Shown here in pieces: positions 30,940 through 50,304 of a DNA stretch of 64,000 nt. Position numbers and translations under genes: made by a program. The notes under the pieces are model-generated. The model saw only the letters and a list, made by a program, of their open reading frames with translations. It was not told where the DNA came from and ran no database searches. The first letter of the stretch is position 1, and the number at the start of each line of letters is the position of its first letter. Origin of the DNA: the human T2T-CHM13v2.0 reference genome, Homo sapiens; the NCBI RefSeq assembly GCF_009914755.1, contig NC_060941.1, one strand, 5' to 3'.

Positions 30940-33454
30940 AAATGTTATGTTTTTAAGGAAGAAAATTCAAAGCAAAATGCTATGTTGAAAACTGACATGA
31001 GTTATGTCTTTTTATGAGCTTTCAATTACTTTATTTTCTTACCCTTGCAGGTCAGTGATCCTCCAAAGATAAAAGAAAAACACTGTGCCACAGGTTAGAA
31101 TTTTTTCTGCCAGAAAGCTAGACACTGCACCAGACCATCTTTAAAGACGCCGTCCATATCAGTCACGGGCTGAGTTGCAATCCTAGTTTTCCGCTGATTA
31201 TTACTGAGAAGCATACCACATCTGTCAGCCACAGGACACTGCAAATCTTCTACTGCCACAGAGTTCAGTATGGCAGTGACTTAGGCTTCGGCACACAAGT
31301 CAGCCATGACAGGTTGGTTTGTAGGGTTTATCTACGCATTCTGATGGTCCCTACACATTTTCCAGATGTGTTGACCTCATAAAACTGCCACCTACCCCAG
31401 GCTGTGAAAGAACTGCTCCAACCATATTTTTCCCACCCCTCAACTCTAGCAACACCTTGGGTTCCCTGGCTGGGCGACCCCCTAAGATATGAAGCTGGGT
31501 TGGCTGTCAGTCCTGAGCCCTGACAAGAGAATAACAGCAGGGTGGCCGGGCAGCCAGGCATTTTTGCATCCGCCCAGTGCTGGGAACTGACGCATTCCTC
31601 GTTCCCTGGGGCCTAAGGTTCTGCTTGGTTTTGGGTCCCTGCAAGATTGGGGCCCTGCCTACTTTCTCAACCAGTTTATCCTTCAACCCTCTCCCTCAGG
31701 CCCCAAAAGTTGCTGCTGAAGGTCCCTGTCAACAGGCAAACAGTCAACCCACTACAGACACTCACTCACCCTGCCTCCAGGCCCTCTCTCTGCCTGGGGC
31801 CTCGTGTTACACCTGCCTAAAGTGCAGCGCCTGGCCTTCCTCCCCCTGCCTCTGGTTAGGATCTCCATTCTCCCTCGATCCCCTCTTCTTCCACTGTGAC
31901 ACTCTGGTTTCCAGATCCTTATTCCTCTTCCCTCCAGGTCATGCCCTGGCCCATTCTTGATCAACTTCGAGTTACAGAATCAGCTCTCTCATACAAGCAT
32001 TCTGAACAGGTCACTGGGGTATGGTAGATACTTGTAGTATATTTTCTTCAAAAAGTTACAAACAGATTTAACTGAGGAATCAATCCAAAATCGAGAATAT
32101 CATCTTTCTTGGTGCTGCCTAGGTACAAAGCACTTTGTATATCTTCCGAGGATGCAAAGATATGACAGTCCCCTTCCCTTAAGGAGTTTGAAATTTAGTA
32201 GAGAAAAAACAAATTCAGAAATAACTATAAATCATCCAAAGCAAAGAATACCATGTAACACAAGAGAGGTTAAAAGTGCCAGAGTGTAGAGGATGAAGAG
32301 ATCATCTCCAATTGGGGAAACTCAGGAAAAGATTCATGAATGAGGCAGCACCTGTGGCTGATACTGATGAATGACCAGGATTTTTATGGGGTAGGACAGA
32401 GGCCACAGTTTCTGACTAAGAAAAAGTATATTTTTCAAATCTTCTATATTAAATAATGAGCAAATCTGGCCTCTTGTCAATATGTTCTTTCTAATCAGCT
32501 GGCTTTTTGTCTGAAACACTACATTATATCACCCAACACTGTACAGAGAAAGAATGCCTTCTAGGTAGTCATCGTTCAACAAAATCTCAGTAACGTCACA
32601 AAAATCTCAATACTTCAGATTTACAAAAATCTCAATAACTTATCACACATGCTCCTGTCCAGGTTCATTCATTTTAATCATATAATACATGATGATTTAT
32701 TTGTATTTATAAATTATGTATACTGTTAATATCTGAATGGTAAATGACATGATTCTTTTGATTGTCATTAAAATAAAGAGGTACACCTGAAGCAAGGTGG
32801 GGGCACTCCACTTAATAATTGCACTTAATGATAATCGCTACCAGCTATTGAGCTACTGAGCACGACACGGACTTTAAATATTATCACTCAAAAGGTTTTC
32901 ATGGTGAAAAGCAAACCATGTAAAAAATGTTCATTACAATCCATCATGATCAAAATTTCAATGTGTTAAGATGTTATCTTCAGTAATAGTTGCAAAATAA
33001 TTGCGGTACAGCATTTAGTTCTTTCTTCCAGTTAAGTGACAGGCAAACTGTACAGCTTCACAGGTTCTACTAAGCACGGACGACAATCTGAAATAGTCCA
33101 CTAATGTCCCTCCAAGCTCAGATCCCTAGCACATATTGGAGTTAGGGACTTCAGCCCAGGCCAGAGAAAAGCTCAGTACACACATCTAAAGGCTTGGACG
33201 TCTACAGATGAGCCAGTCTCAATCTCTCTCTTGCACGCACGTATGCACGCGCACACACACACAGCTGAAACATGGCTCCAAAGTCCCATCCTTCATCCTA
33301 TAATAACTGTCTCTCTCTTCTCAAGTAGGATCAGCCAACCACTAAAAAGCACCCTGTTAATTAGAACCTAGACAATCTGTCTTTAATCTGATACAATGCC
33401 TAAGTAGCCCAAAAATGCTGAATTTCAACGTTTTGAAGGATTTATTCTATGCTA

Positions 33455-34097
<643 letters not shown>

Positions 34098-35479
34098 ATG
34101 ATGGTGGTAAAATTTATCCTCTGAAGATTTTCAGAGGTTTTACACTGAGCAAACAAAATAATTCAATATAAGTTATATCTTGTAAGAGACACACCTAGTA
34201 TTACCAGTCTATCTCTTACTAGATATAACTTATATTACCTAGTATTACCAGTGTATCTCTTACTAGTTAAGAGATAGAAAGATAGTCTGAAATTCCCATT
34301 TTACCACTAATTACCTTTGAATTTCTGTGATTTTTATAACTACTTTCAGCTTCCCAAAGTTCACATTTCCTATTTGCTCGGTTGGAAGTAAGAGAGTTGC
34401 TATCTAGAGGCTTCTGGGTATTCCCCAATTTGCAAAGAGAATGAATTCCAAAAGTGTATTCGTGGCTTAGTTGTTCAGAACTCAAGGATGCCCAAATACA
34501 TGTTCCCATAGAAATAACGTTGTATATGTGGCAGACCCGTTCCCAGGTGGCCCATGAGATCTATCACACCATGTCACAGGAGTAGCAGTCTTGATCCAGC
34601 CACACCTGATCACTATGCACAACAGTCTGAACCCGAGTCTGCTGTGTGATGCCAGGAACACGCCTCCCCAGTGTGGCAGGCAGTCACCTGGGCATCCTGA
34701 GACTTGTGTGTTGAAGGAGCAGGACAAAAATCCATGTCGGTATTTCTGCTATAATGTGATATATACATTCCTGAAAAATCTCACATCCTACAAAATCACA
34801 CTTGAAAAATAACGGGATGAAAAAGGCTGTTGGGGTAGACCACTAAATCCCTCTGTAACTCTGTAACCAGAGCACTAACCAAAAGAATAATTAATACCTA
34901 GGGAGATGACTTGGACAGCCTAGGCAAGCAGCTTGGCTGTGGCTGCGGCTGCCTCGAGGGATATTAAACACACAAATGACAGAGTGGCAACTGTTGGCTC
35001 ACAGACAGAGTGGAGTTCTGAGCCAGGAGCTATGTTAAGGTGGACACAGAGGGAAGATGCCTGCTGGGAGCCCAGAGTCCTAGAAGGCTAGCGGGTGCCT
35101 GTCCTGGAGAGAAAGCGCTGGGTGCAGGCACTCATTTTTAATTTTCTTAAAATAGAGTTGAAAAGCGTGTCTGCTGCCTGTGAGGTTCTTTCCTTTCTTG
35201 CTGAAGGCTGTAACTCTACTCCGGCAATTCCTGCTCCTCTGGCCAAAGAAAAACTGCTTCTGGATCAATCTAACCTCCAGGATATACTGACATCATTCCT
35301 CTGCTTTTCAGTTGAGCTGACTCGTGCTATGGACCCAAGGGCTGTAGCACACAGAACTGCACTCCTAGGACCAGTGGCTGCTGACTCCTCAGAGTTCTCA
35401 CCTGGTTAGAGAAGGCCCTTTCCAAGTCTCCCATTTCTAAAAACTCTGAATCAGAGAACAGGGGGTAGTCATCCTGTGA

Positions 35480-35854
<375 letters not shown>

Positions 35855-35922
35855 AAAGAAATGATTCTTAATCTCTCTTGAGGTGTGTTCACCCTGAGTG
35901 GATCAGTCTGATTTCTGGACAA

Positions 35923-36207
35923 GCCCTGTCTGATAGAAATGTAATGTGAACCATGTCTGTAATTATGAAAAAGTAAAAAGGAACAATGGCATATTTTATT
36001 TAACCCAATATAGCCAAATATTACCATTTCAGTATGTAATCAATATAGAAATTATTGGCAAGATATTTTGAATCTTTTTTTCTGGCACCATATCTTCCAA
36101 GTTCAGTGTTACCTTGTACTTACAGTACATCTTAATTCAGACTAGCCACATTATAAGAGCTCAATAGCTACAAGTGGCCTGTGGCTACTATAGTGGACAA
36201 CACCGGT
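35923..36207. mobile_element. MER33-like hAT-Charlie
   Basis: ctgtctgatagaaat...aattcagactagccacatt...gtggctactatagtggaca. Confidence 0.75.
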
Positions 36208-36735
36208 CTATTCAGAGGCTCTGTTGATAGCAAAGTGTCATATTTCTAGAGACACATAATTGAAAGAAAATGCAACCAATGAGGCACAAAACATGTTTTT
36301 CAAGTTCATAGCCCCATATTTCATGAAAGGGTACCTTTGACTTGGTCAGTTTCAGTGCAAACATATTAATCCTTAATTACCCAGAAGATTCAGTTAACCA
36401 GAACATCCCAATCCCTTACTATATACTCAGTGGGGTTTTTAAAACAGTTTTATTGAGACATAATTCACCTGCCACAAATTTACCCATTTAAACTGTATAA
36501 TTACATAGTTTTTGGAATGTTATACTATTAATTTTTTAAAATTGTTTTGAGATATATATATCTAAAATGGCAAAATGGCACATTTTGTTTTATATATTAT
36601 ATATAAAATATATAAATACATTATTTATATATTTTTATTATATATTTTATATACATATATTTATATATAATATATAATAAATATTTATATATAACATATA
36701 TTTATATATTATAAATATATAAATATATGTAAATA

Positions 36736-37832
<1,097 letters not shown>

Positions 37833-38170
37833 AAACAATTTGCCATTTTAAAGTATATAATTCTGTGGCATTAATTACACTAACAGTGTGGTATAACCAC
37901 CACCACTTATCTATTTCCAAAACTTTAAAATTATCTCAAACAGCAACTCTAACCATTATGTAATAATTCCCCATTTCCCCCTGCCCCTAGCCTCGGTAAC
38001 CTCTAATCTACTTTCTTTCTCTGTGAATTTGCCTATCCTAGATATTCCATATAAGTGAAATCATACAATATTTGTCTTTTTGTATCTGGCTTATTTCACT
38101 GAATGTCTTCCAGGTTCATATATGTAATCGCATATATCAAAACTTCATTCTTTTTATGGCTGAATAATAG

Positions 38171-39189
<1,019 letters not shown>

Positions 39190-40779
39190 AAGGGCAGCAG
39201 GTTTAAAGGAAGAGAGAACACAGTCATGACACTGGTGCTGTGGCTGAATTCTAGAAGGTAGTCCTCTTCCCAATTTTACTAACTGAGAAAAGTAACAAGG
39301 TAAGGCTCACTTGTTTAAGAACAGCAGGTTAGCAACAACATAGTGCCAAACGTTCTGACATTAACATCATGGTGTTAAGACCACGAGTGCTGTACTGTCT
39401 CCAAATACAGGTCAAGGCTATGCTTGCAGAGCTTTCCCAGAAACCTCCCTTCCTTTTCCTTTCTGAAGTCAGAGTGTTCCTAGGACAACATTTTGGTTCA
39501 TAAAACATTTTGTAATGCTGTGACTATCTCAGCATACAGGATACCCCTCTCACTTCAATCTCCTTGTTTTCTAATAAAATCAAACATTTCAAAAATGGCA
39601 TTAATGTAATGGATGAAAGAGTTACACTTCACCATCATTTTAAGTTAAAAAGAAGTATTTGAAAAAATAAATTCTGATTCTAATGCTCGTTCTTGAAAGT
39701 TTGCTTCAAGCAGGAAAACAACTGCTTTTCAGATTCTCTTTTTCACCTGGCTTTTTTTTTTAAGTTCTTAAGTAAAAATAAAAAAGTTCCAATTGATTTT
39801 GTAAGTTTTGTGATGGTAAAACAAGATGTGGAGCAAACATTTCAGAATACCAAACAGAGTTAATTAATTCCAGTATAAGCTCCTCACATACGGCCAGAGC
39901 TTGCAAGCAGATGTGCTGGCTAAATATCTCAGGTCAATCTTAGCACATTATTGAAAGTAACCTCCCATTCCTCAGAAAAGTCTGGCCTGCAGCTTACAAA
40001 CTAGAGCAAACAACTTAGACACATGGAAAAGTAGAATTTAACATCTCCCGATTTCCACTCTCCATTTATTTCCAAACCTTCCATCTAAATCGGAAGAAAA
40101 AAAAAATGCCCTCTAGTCACACATAGGCCACACTAAAGTATTAGCCACTAAAATAAAAGATGAGGAAGCAATTTTAAATGCAGTCACCACAAATGTGTTT
40201 TGGGAACTTTCACCTTGTCTCTCATAAACTAGAAAGTGTACTTCATGTTCCTTTTGGTTTCGAATGAGCAAGGCATTTCAACTATTAACATTTCATTTCC
40301 ACCACGTGTCTGTTTCAGAGCTAGCAGCTGGCCTATTTATTTTGCTAGCTGGTGATAGAATTAAATACAGAGTCTTTGAAAACATTTACAAGCTTTCCCT
40401 CTAACCTTCTGTGTACTTTCCAAATTAGGCTACTTTGATTGTTATTAGCTAAAGGTTTACGTACTGGAATACTAACACTGTTACCTTCAGAGTAAATTGT
40501 TTATAGCTCAGGTGCAGTTTAGAACATTTTCCTCCATGGAATACTCTTGAGATTGAGGAGAAGAAAGTTGAACTGGTTCACTCTGGATCAACAAGTTTCC
40601 TTTGTGAGTCAAACAATATTAAGGCCACACAGATATGGATGCAGTCAGGGAAACCAGTTGTGAAAATAGTTCTAGTCCTCTACAAAACCACAGGCTTCCT
40701 TTGTGAGCTCCCAAATGCTTTATAATCTCAAAATCACCATCGTCATAATGCACTCCTAAGATTTATTCTTTGACACTAG

Positions 40780-40980
40780 CGTTTTGATGTGGAAGACAAG
40801 GCATACGCCTGGACCCCAGGCCAGTGTGGGTTCAAATCACGTCTCCTTCACTTATGATGAGCTAGACGGTCTTAACCAAATAACCCAAGTCTTTAGTTTC
40901 AAAATCAGCAAAACGGAAATAGTAATTTCCACTTCATAGCTTTGTCGTGAGCACTTGCATTGCACAGATGCTCAATTAGT
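40780..40980 (+). mobile_element. MIR
   Basis: tgggttcaaatc...cagcaaaacggaaatagtaat. Confidence 0.6.
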
Positions 40981-41575
40981 GGTTTGGGATGAAATCAAAG
41001 ATCCTTCATCACTATAAGCTTTTCTCAATCTCTTCGGCCCACAATATCACTCATGAAAAGCATCCATTCATTCTTTCATTCAGTCAAAAACTACCTATTG
41101 GCCCTACTGGAGATAAGAAGTTCCTCCTCCATAGATTGTGATGATGGTTTCATGGATGTACACCTATCTCCAAACTCATCATGTTGTAGGCATTAAATAT
41201 TACCATTTTTTGTATGTGGGGGAAAAAAGAATGGGAAAAAATGTGGCCCCTTCTCTTAAGGAATACACAGAGTACTTCAGGGGGTCACAGATATTAAAAC
41301 GGGGGAAGGGAGGGTGGGAATCCAAAAGAGTGAAAACTCTAGCTGCTCCACAGAGTATTGTGAGGACCCAGAGAAATGGGCCAACTCTTCCTAGGAAAGT
41401 GAGGAAGAGTTTAATGGGGAAGATGATATTTGAACTACGGTTGTGTGTGTCTTTTAGGTAAGAAAGATGCTCTTCTTGAGCATCATAAGCAAGGAGAACA
41501 GCACAGAAGAAGGTAAGGAGTGGTGAGATGGATTGCTGTAGTCAGTGCAGCTACAGAAGAGATGATGCTGCCTAG

Positions 41576-41897
<322 letters not shown>

Positions 41898-42208
41898 AGT
41901 ATGTCAGGATCTTAAAGTTGCTATTTCATCCTCAATGTGACAAGAAGCCACTAGAGGATTTTAGCATGAAAACAACACAATCAGATTTGTTTTTAAGAAA
42001 CTAATTGCGTTAGCAGAGGGGAAGACAGAGTGGAACACTAAAGGACTTGTGGCAGGAAACCCAGCTAGGTATAGCCATAGTTCCAAGGCAGAGAAGACAG
42101 GGTCTGGGATCAAAGCAAATTAAGGCAGCAGAGGTGGGAAGAAAAATGTGAGAGACAGTTTCAGAGGTGAAATCAACTGAATTCAGTGACTGGCTGCAGA
42201 TGTCTAAC

Positions 42209-42709
42209 TGATATAGGGCAGGCAGGCTTAGCCTGGGAGGGTTCTTGGCTTCACCCAGGAAAGAATTCAAGGGTGAGCCAGAGGTGAGCGGCAGTGTGCA
42301 GCAGAGGTACTGTTCCTTGTAGAGCAGGGCTAACTCATAGGCAGTGTGTCCAGAGCAGCAGCATATGGGCTGTTGGCTAGCTGTATTTATATCTACTTTT
42401 AGTTGCATGCAAATGAAGAGGTGGGTTATTTAGACCTTTTAGAAAAGGGGTGGGGCGTTTCTAGATGCATAGAAGATAACTTTCAGGTCATTCCCATGGC
42501 ATGTTGCCACGGCATTTGTAAACTGCCATGGCACTGCTGGGAGTGCCTTTATGTTAATGAGCAGTGAGGGCAACTGGAGGTCACTTTCATCACCATTTGC
42601 TGGTTTCAGCTGGCTTCTTCACTGCACGCCCTGTTTTGACCACATCTTTCTCCAATCAGTGGGTTGTGACTGGTGCTCAGAAAACAAGTCCTGCTGATCT
42701 CCTACCTCA
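42209..42709 (-). mobile_element. MER66/MER49-like ERV1 solo LTR (501 bp)
   Basis: tg...ca termini with perfect 4-bp TSD taac; minus strand starts tgaggtaggagatcagcaggacttg. Confidence 0.75.
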
Positions 42710-43695
42710 TAACCTTGAAAATAAGTTGGAGGGTGACACTAATAACCAAGATAAAGAACAAAAGGAATGGAACAGGTTTGTGGGGAAAGATACTGAGCCG
42801 TGTTTTAGACATGTTGCATTTGAAGGACCGTTCAGGTGAAGATGCTGAGTAAAGTTGGAAATATGGATCTAGGAATGTAGAAAAGTACAGATTGAAACGT
42901 TAACATCTAAAAAAGGCTAGAGCACAGGAGATTAGGATAAGCATTAGCCATTATGAACAGGAGAGGACCCCAATAAGAGCATGCAGAGTGAGAGAGACCC
43001 AAAGACAGAACCCTGAAGAGTCCAGGATTCAAGTGATGTTCACCCATATACGTCAGTTTCTGCTTAACGATATGCATGCTGACTTTCATCGTTACTTATC
43101 TGGATTGTGAAAACATGCCCTGTTTCCCCAGACAAATTAAAAACATAAGGCTTTATACCCACTGCTTAAAGAGCACCTAGAACCATAATAGGTAAATAGA
43201 AGATATATGTGGAATTGAAATAGAGGAAACTTACATGGAGTAGAAGAAAACGAGCGTTCGATTAAAGAGGGCCTTTAGTAACAGCCTAAGGAATTTTAAC
43301 TTCATCCTTTAGATAATAAGAAAACAACCAGAGTTTTTTGAGCATCAAATCGTGTCACAAGAACAGTATTTTCAAAGGTTTAAGTATATGAGGTAACATA
43401 TATGTTAACTATCTCCATTTATTCATTCTACAATGTATATATATTTCAAACAATATATTTTACCTAATAATAATTTTTGTCAATTTAAAAAATTTTAAAA
43501 ACAAAAGAGTGGTATATGGAGGGATGAGAGAAAAACAGACTCTGCAGGGAAGGAATCCGTTACAGTCTGACTGTGGGAATCAAGCCACTGGTTCTCAGGC
43601 AAGCTACAGCCAAAAGGGATATAATCCATCTAGCTAAATGAATGAAACAACATACGTGGGTCCTGAAATGTTTTTCTTAAAATGTACCCCACCTT

Positions 43696-44154
<459 letters not shown>

Positions 44155-44237
44155 TCACAGACACTTTGACCTACTTGGGTTTTAATCATTCAGGATAACA
44201 ATTACGACCACGATCAACATAACATGGTGGATGATGA

Positions 44238-44290
44238 AGAGCTGGCTGAAAACATCTGAAAGAGCTGGCTGAAAACATCTGAAAGAGCTG
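44238..44290. repeat. 23-bp tandem duplication (2.3 copies)
   Basis: agagctggctgaaaacatctgaa twice, then agagctg. Confidence 0.95.
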
Positions 44291-45559
44291 AAAGATGTTT
44301 GGCCTGTATCAATGTGGCCCAGCTCTGGGATGTAGGGATCTAGGCAGATTTACAAAATAAAAAGCAGCATTGTTTGTCTGCTGCCTCCCACCATCTGTTC
44401 TTGCCCCAGGTTAGTGGAATGAAACAAACTCTCTGGGCAAGATATTGACTCACATTTTTCAAACGCTGACTCCTGGTTTGGATACAGAGCTGAGGTCAGA
44501 ATTCTTAGGTCCTTTTCCAGCCAAGCTGATTTTAGGACAGGCAAGCAATCACAAAATACTCTTCTGTGCAATAAATATGAAAATACTTAACCTCCTTAGG
44601 GTATTATGAAGCATAAATCATGCCTTTAAAAGCCTGTGACAAGCTGAAATGAAAAGCGTTCAAAGTGGAGAAATACAATGAAACCACGACTATAAGCACT
44701 CACTGAATTTTGAGCAGACAGTTGTACTATTAATTTAATGAGGTTTATGGTTTTAAAAGTATTCATCAATAGCAAATATCGCGTTGCTTAAATATTCCAT
44801 TACTCGATCATCTGTCTAAATGCGCTCTGGTCTCCAACATTGATTGGCTTGCTCAAAATGGCTAGTTTCTTTCTCTCTTTTCTTTCCCCACCAAAAGTAC
44901 TGCTTAAAGGAGCCATTAACAAGAGGATTCACTCGTCAGGGCTACAATGACTTGCAGCTGGAAGATCCAACTACAAATATACATCCATTCATAAGGCTGA
45001 TACAACAGCTTTCAGGGAGGGGATGTGCATGAAATGGACACAAGCGAAGAGTAACAATGGCAGGGATTATCTTTTAACTGGCTCATGAGTGAAAAAATGA
45101 AATTGCAGACGTCTGACAACTGTAGCTTTTTCAGTCAGTACAAATTAAATTATAAACCTACAGCTACACATTTACTCTTTATGAGTTGATTTCATGTTAG
45201 GCCTCAATAGTTACTTATTCCTGGTACAAACGTAAACCAGCAGTTGTGCCATTTAAGAGATTAGTTCAATTAATACTGTCCCTGCTAGGCTAGGCCTTAT
45301 ATCTATAAGCAATTCAGTGTCTGGCTTGCTAATTCATACTCTCACTTTGCCTTTTCTTTGTCAGTCAAAGAAATTAAGCTGGAGATCTCACCAGGCCGGC
45401 CACTTTCCCAGTCTCTTAGACGCCTCTGTTTGCGGCCATTGCAGTGATTCCATGATGAATTTCAATCATTAGAAAGTTCTTCCTAAGGTAAAAAGCAGAG
45501 CTGGAATCAACTGGTACTTATTCTGGCCTTTGAAATAAGGTATAAAAAGCCCATTTCTC

Positions 45560-45861
<302 letters not shown>

Positions 45862-45939
45862 CTACTGTAAAACATTTGATCATCTCTCCTCTACAACACA
45901 CTACCCCCCTCCCCCACCCACCTCTTAAATATCGTATAA

Positions 45940-46100
45940 ATGCAAGTGTGCGCCAAGGACCAGCAACTCTGGCATCGTCTGAGAGCTGGTCAGAAGTGCT
46001 GACTCTCAGGTCCCACCTTGGCCCTCCTGAACCAGTATCTGTCTTTTAACAAGATCCCCAGGTAATTCATTGGCACACTAAGGTTTGGGAAACACGGCTT
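45940..46100. mobile_element. MER5A
   Basis: ggaccagca...ttttaacaagatccccaggtaattcat...ggtttgggaaacac. Confidence 0.75.
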
Positions 46101-46105
46101 TAGAC

Positions 46106-46752
46106 CAGTGGTTGGTAAACATTTTCTGCAATGGGCCAGGTGGTAAATATTTTAGGTTTTGTAGGCCATACGTCTCTGTTGCAACTACTCAAAACTGCTG
46201 TTGCGGTGCAAAAGCAACCATACATAACACACAGTCAAACAGCCGGGCGTGGTGGCTCACGTCTGTAATCCCAGCACTTTGGGAGGCCGAGGCAGGTGGA
46301 TCACAAGGTCAGGAGATCGAGACCATCCTGGCTAACACGGTGAAACCCCCGTCTCTATTAAAAATACAAAAAATTAGCCGGGCGGTGGTGGTGGCGCCTG
46401 TAGTCCCAGCTACTCAGGAGGCTGAGGCAGGAGAACAGCATGAACCCGGGAGGCGGAGCTTGCAGTGAGCTGAGATCACGCCACTGCACTCCAGCCTAGG
46501 TGACAGAGCGAGACTCCATCTCAAAAAAACAAAAAACAACAACAAAAAAAACCATAGTCAAACAAACATGGCTGGTTTTTGTTTGTTTTGCTTTTACAAA
46601 AAGTTTTATGGACACTAAGGTTTGGATTTCATATAATTTTCATGTGTCACAAAATAGCTTTTGATTTTTTTTCAACCATTTAAAAATATAAATGCCATTC
46701 TTGGCTCATGACCTGTACAAAAACGGGATAAACCATAGCTTGCTGATCCTAG
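46106..46752 (+). mobile_element. MER58B-like split by an Alu
   Basis: cagtggttggtaaacattttctg...gtaaatattttagg; ends cttgctgatcct. Confidence 0.75.
46241..46551 (+). mobile_element. AluY-like within MER58
   Basis: AluY diagnostics; TSD agtcaaaca. Confidence 0.93.
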
Positions 46753-47126
46753 CTCTATACTCTGGCACTTCACATGATATCATTTGCTGGTTTCACCTGG
46801 GCCTGGTCCCAATTCTAGATAAGGTATTCCAGTTCATTAATGCAGCATGCATAACTGAATCAAACAAAACAGATGAATTTTTAACAGTACTGAGCAGAGC
46901 AAGACCATTATTTCTCATGATTTGAACATAGCATTTGTTTTGGTGAAGACCAATGCCTAACAAAACACTTATTTTAATGTAGCAGCATACAATGTGGCTG
47001 GACATTTGTAAACAATTAAAAAATTGATATCAGTTTGCAAAATTTACTTATATCTTCAATAGTCATATCTTCTCCACACTATAATAACTAATTGTTATGA
47101 TCACTACTGTACTTACTGCCATATAA

Positions 47127-47391
<265 letters not shown>

Positions 47392-48111
47392 AAATTTTGC
47401 AATTTTTTAATCAGGAAAGCACCATCAATACTGCTTCCTGGTGGGGTGAGGAGGAAGTCTGGAGCTGGAACACATTCCCACACATTACCATTTTTTCCTT
47501 TTCAATTCTCACCCCAAAAGTACCCCCGGCATATAGGGAAAATAAAAAGACGCATGGCAAAGGGTATTCTGCAATTAAGTTCCTCTCCACATGGGATTGT
47601 TCAAACCTTGGTCAGGATGGACAGGGGAAATTTGCAGCCTAAATATAGTGGTGGCATAAAGTAGGTCATTTCCAGAACCATGGAAAATACCACTGGGAAA
47701 AGGGCAAAAGGAAGGAAGTCATAAAGAAGAGTTGACAATTATTTCTATAATGGTTTCCAATCTGGATACTCCCTTACAGCCTATTTAAGAAACATGGAAT
47801 CGGATGATTTGAAACATATTTCCTAACTCTAAAATTTGGAGATTTGTTATTAGTACCATTACCTACCTAGTTATATGTGCTCAAAGGCTGGGAATCCTCT
47901 CTGATTCATCCCTTCCACTTGGATTTCCCTTCAGATCCATCCCCCAAACCTGCCGATTCCTCCTTTATAATCCCTCTCAAATGTGTCCCCTGCTTTTCAT
48001 TCTCATTGTCACCATCTTAGTTAACACTTCACCCCCAATTTACTGCAGTTATCTCCATTGGTCAATGACGTCCATGATGTTTCACATTATTGCCCAATAC
48101 AATCATAGTGA

Positions 48112-48419
<308 letters not shown>

Positions 48420-48804
48420 TGATTTTTTTTTAAACCACAGTTACTGTCATTTTGAACAGTCTTCAGTAATTTCCCAACACTTGAAATGCTGGCTCCATAT
48501 CCTACAAGCATTTCAGTTTCCCCAAAGCTATCACCCACTCCTCCTTCGCTTCACCATGGCTGGCCTCCTCTCCATCTCCAGCTCCCAGGGGTTGACTCCA
48601 CTCCTGTGCCTCATCCTTTCTCACATGCTTCCTTCATCACCTCCAAACTGGAGTTAACATTTCAAACTCAGGCCAAATGAGAGGCGTGAAGATGTACTCA
48701 AATAATTACTAATCCTGAGTATGAAGGGGCAAATGCTAAGATGAATACAACATAATGCAAAAAGATTAAAATGAGACAGGACCTTTAGAAATTTAGTCAA
48801 ATAC

Positions 48805-49101
<297 letters not shown>

Positions 49102-49179
49102 ACTGAGTCAAATATCCTTATATCCTTTGACCTTGTTAATCACACTCCTGATCGTCCTCATTCTTTTCTGACTGCTACT

Positions 49180-49999
<820 letters not shown>

Positions 50000-50000
<1 letters not shown>

Positions 50001-50304
50001 TTTCTTTCTTTTAAGATGGAGTCTCACTCTGTCACCCAGGCTGGAGTGCAGTGTTGCAGTCTCAGTGATCTCAGCTCACCGCAACCTCCGCCTCCTGGGT
50101 TCAAGTGATTCTCCTGCCTCAGCCTCTCAAGTAGCTGGGATTATAGGCATGTGCCACCACGCCTGGCTAATTTTTTGTATTTTTTGTAGAGACGGGGTTT
50201 CACCATGTTGGCCAGGCTGGTCTCAAACTCCTGACCTCATGGGATTTGCCCAACTCGACCTCCCAAAGCGCTGGGATTACAGGAACAAGCCACTGTGCCC
50301 GGCC
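50000..50304 (-). mobile_element. Alu
   Basis: Alu consensus. Confidence 0.93.
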
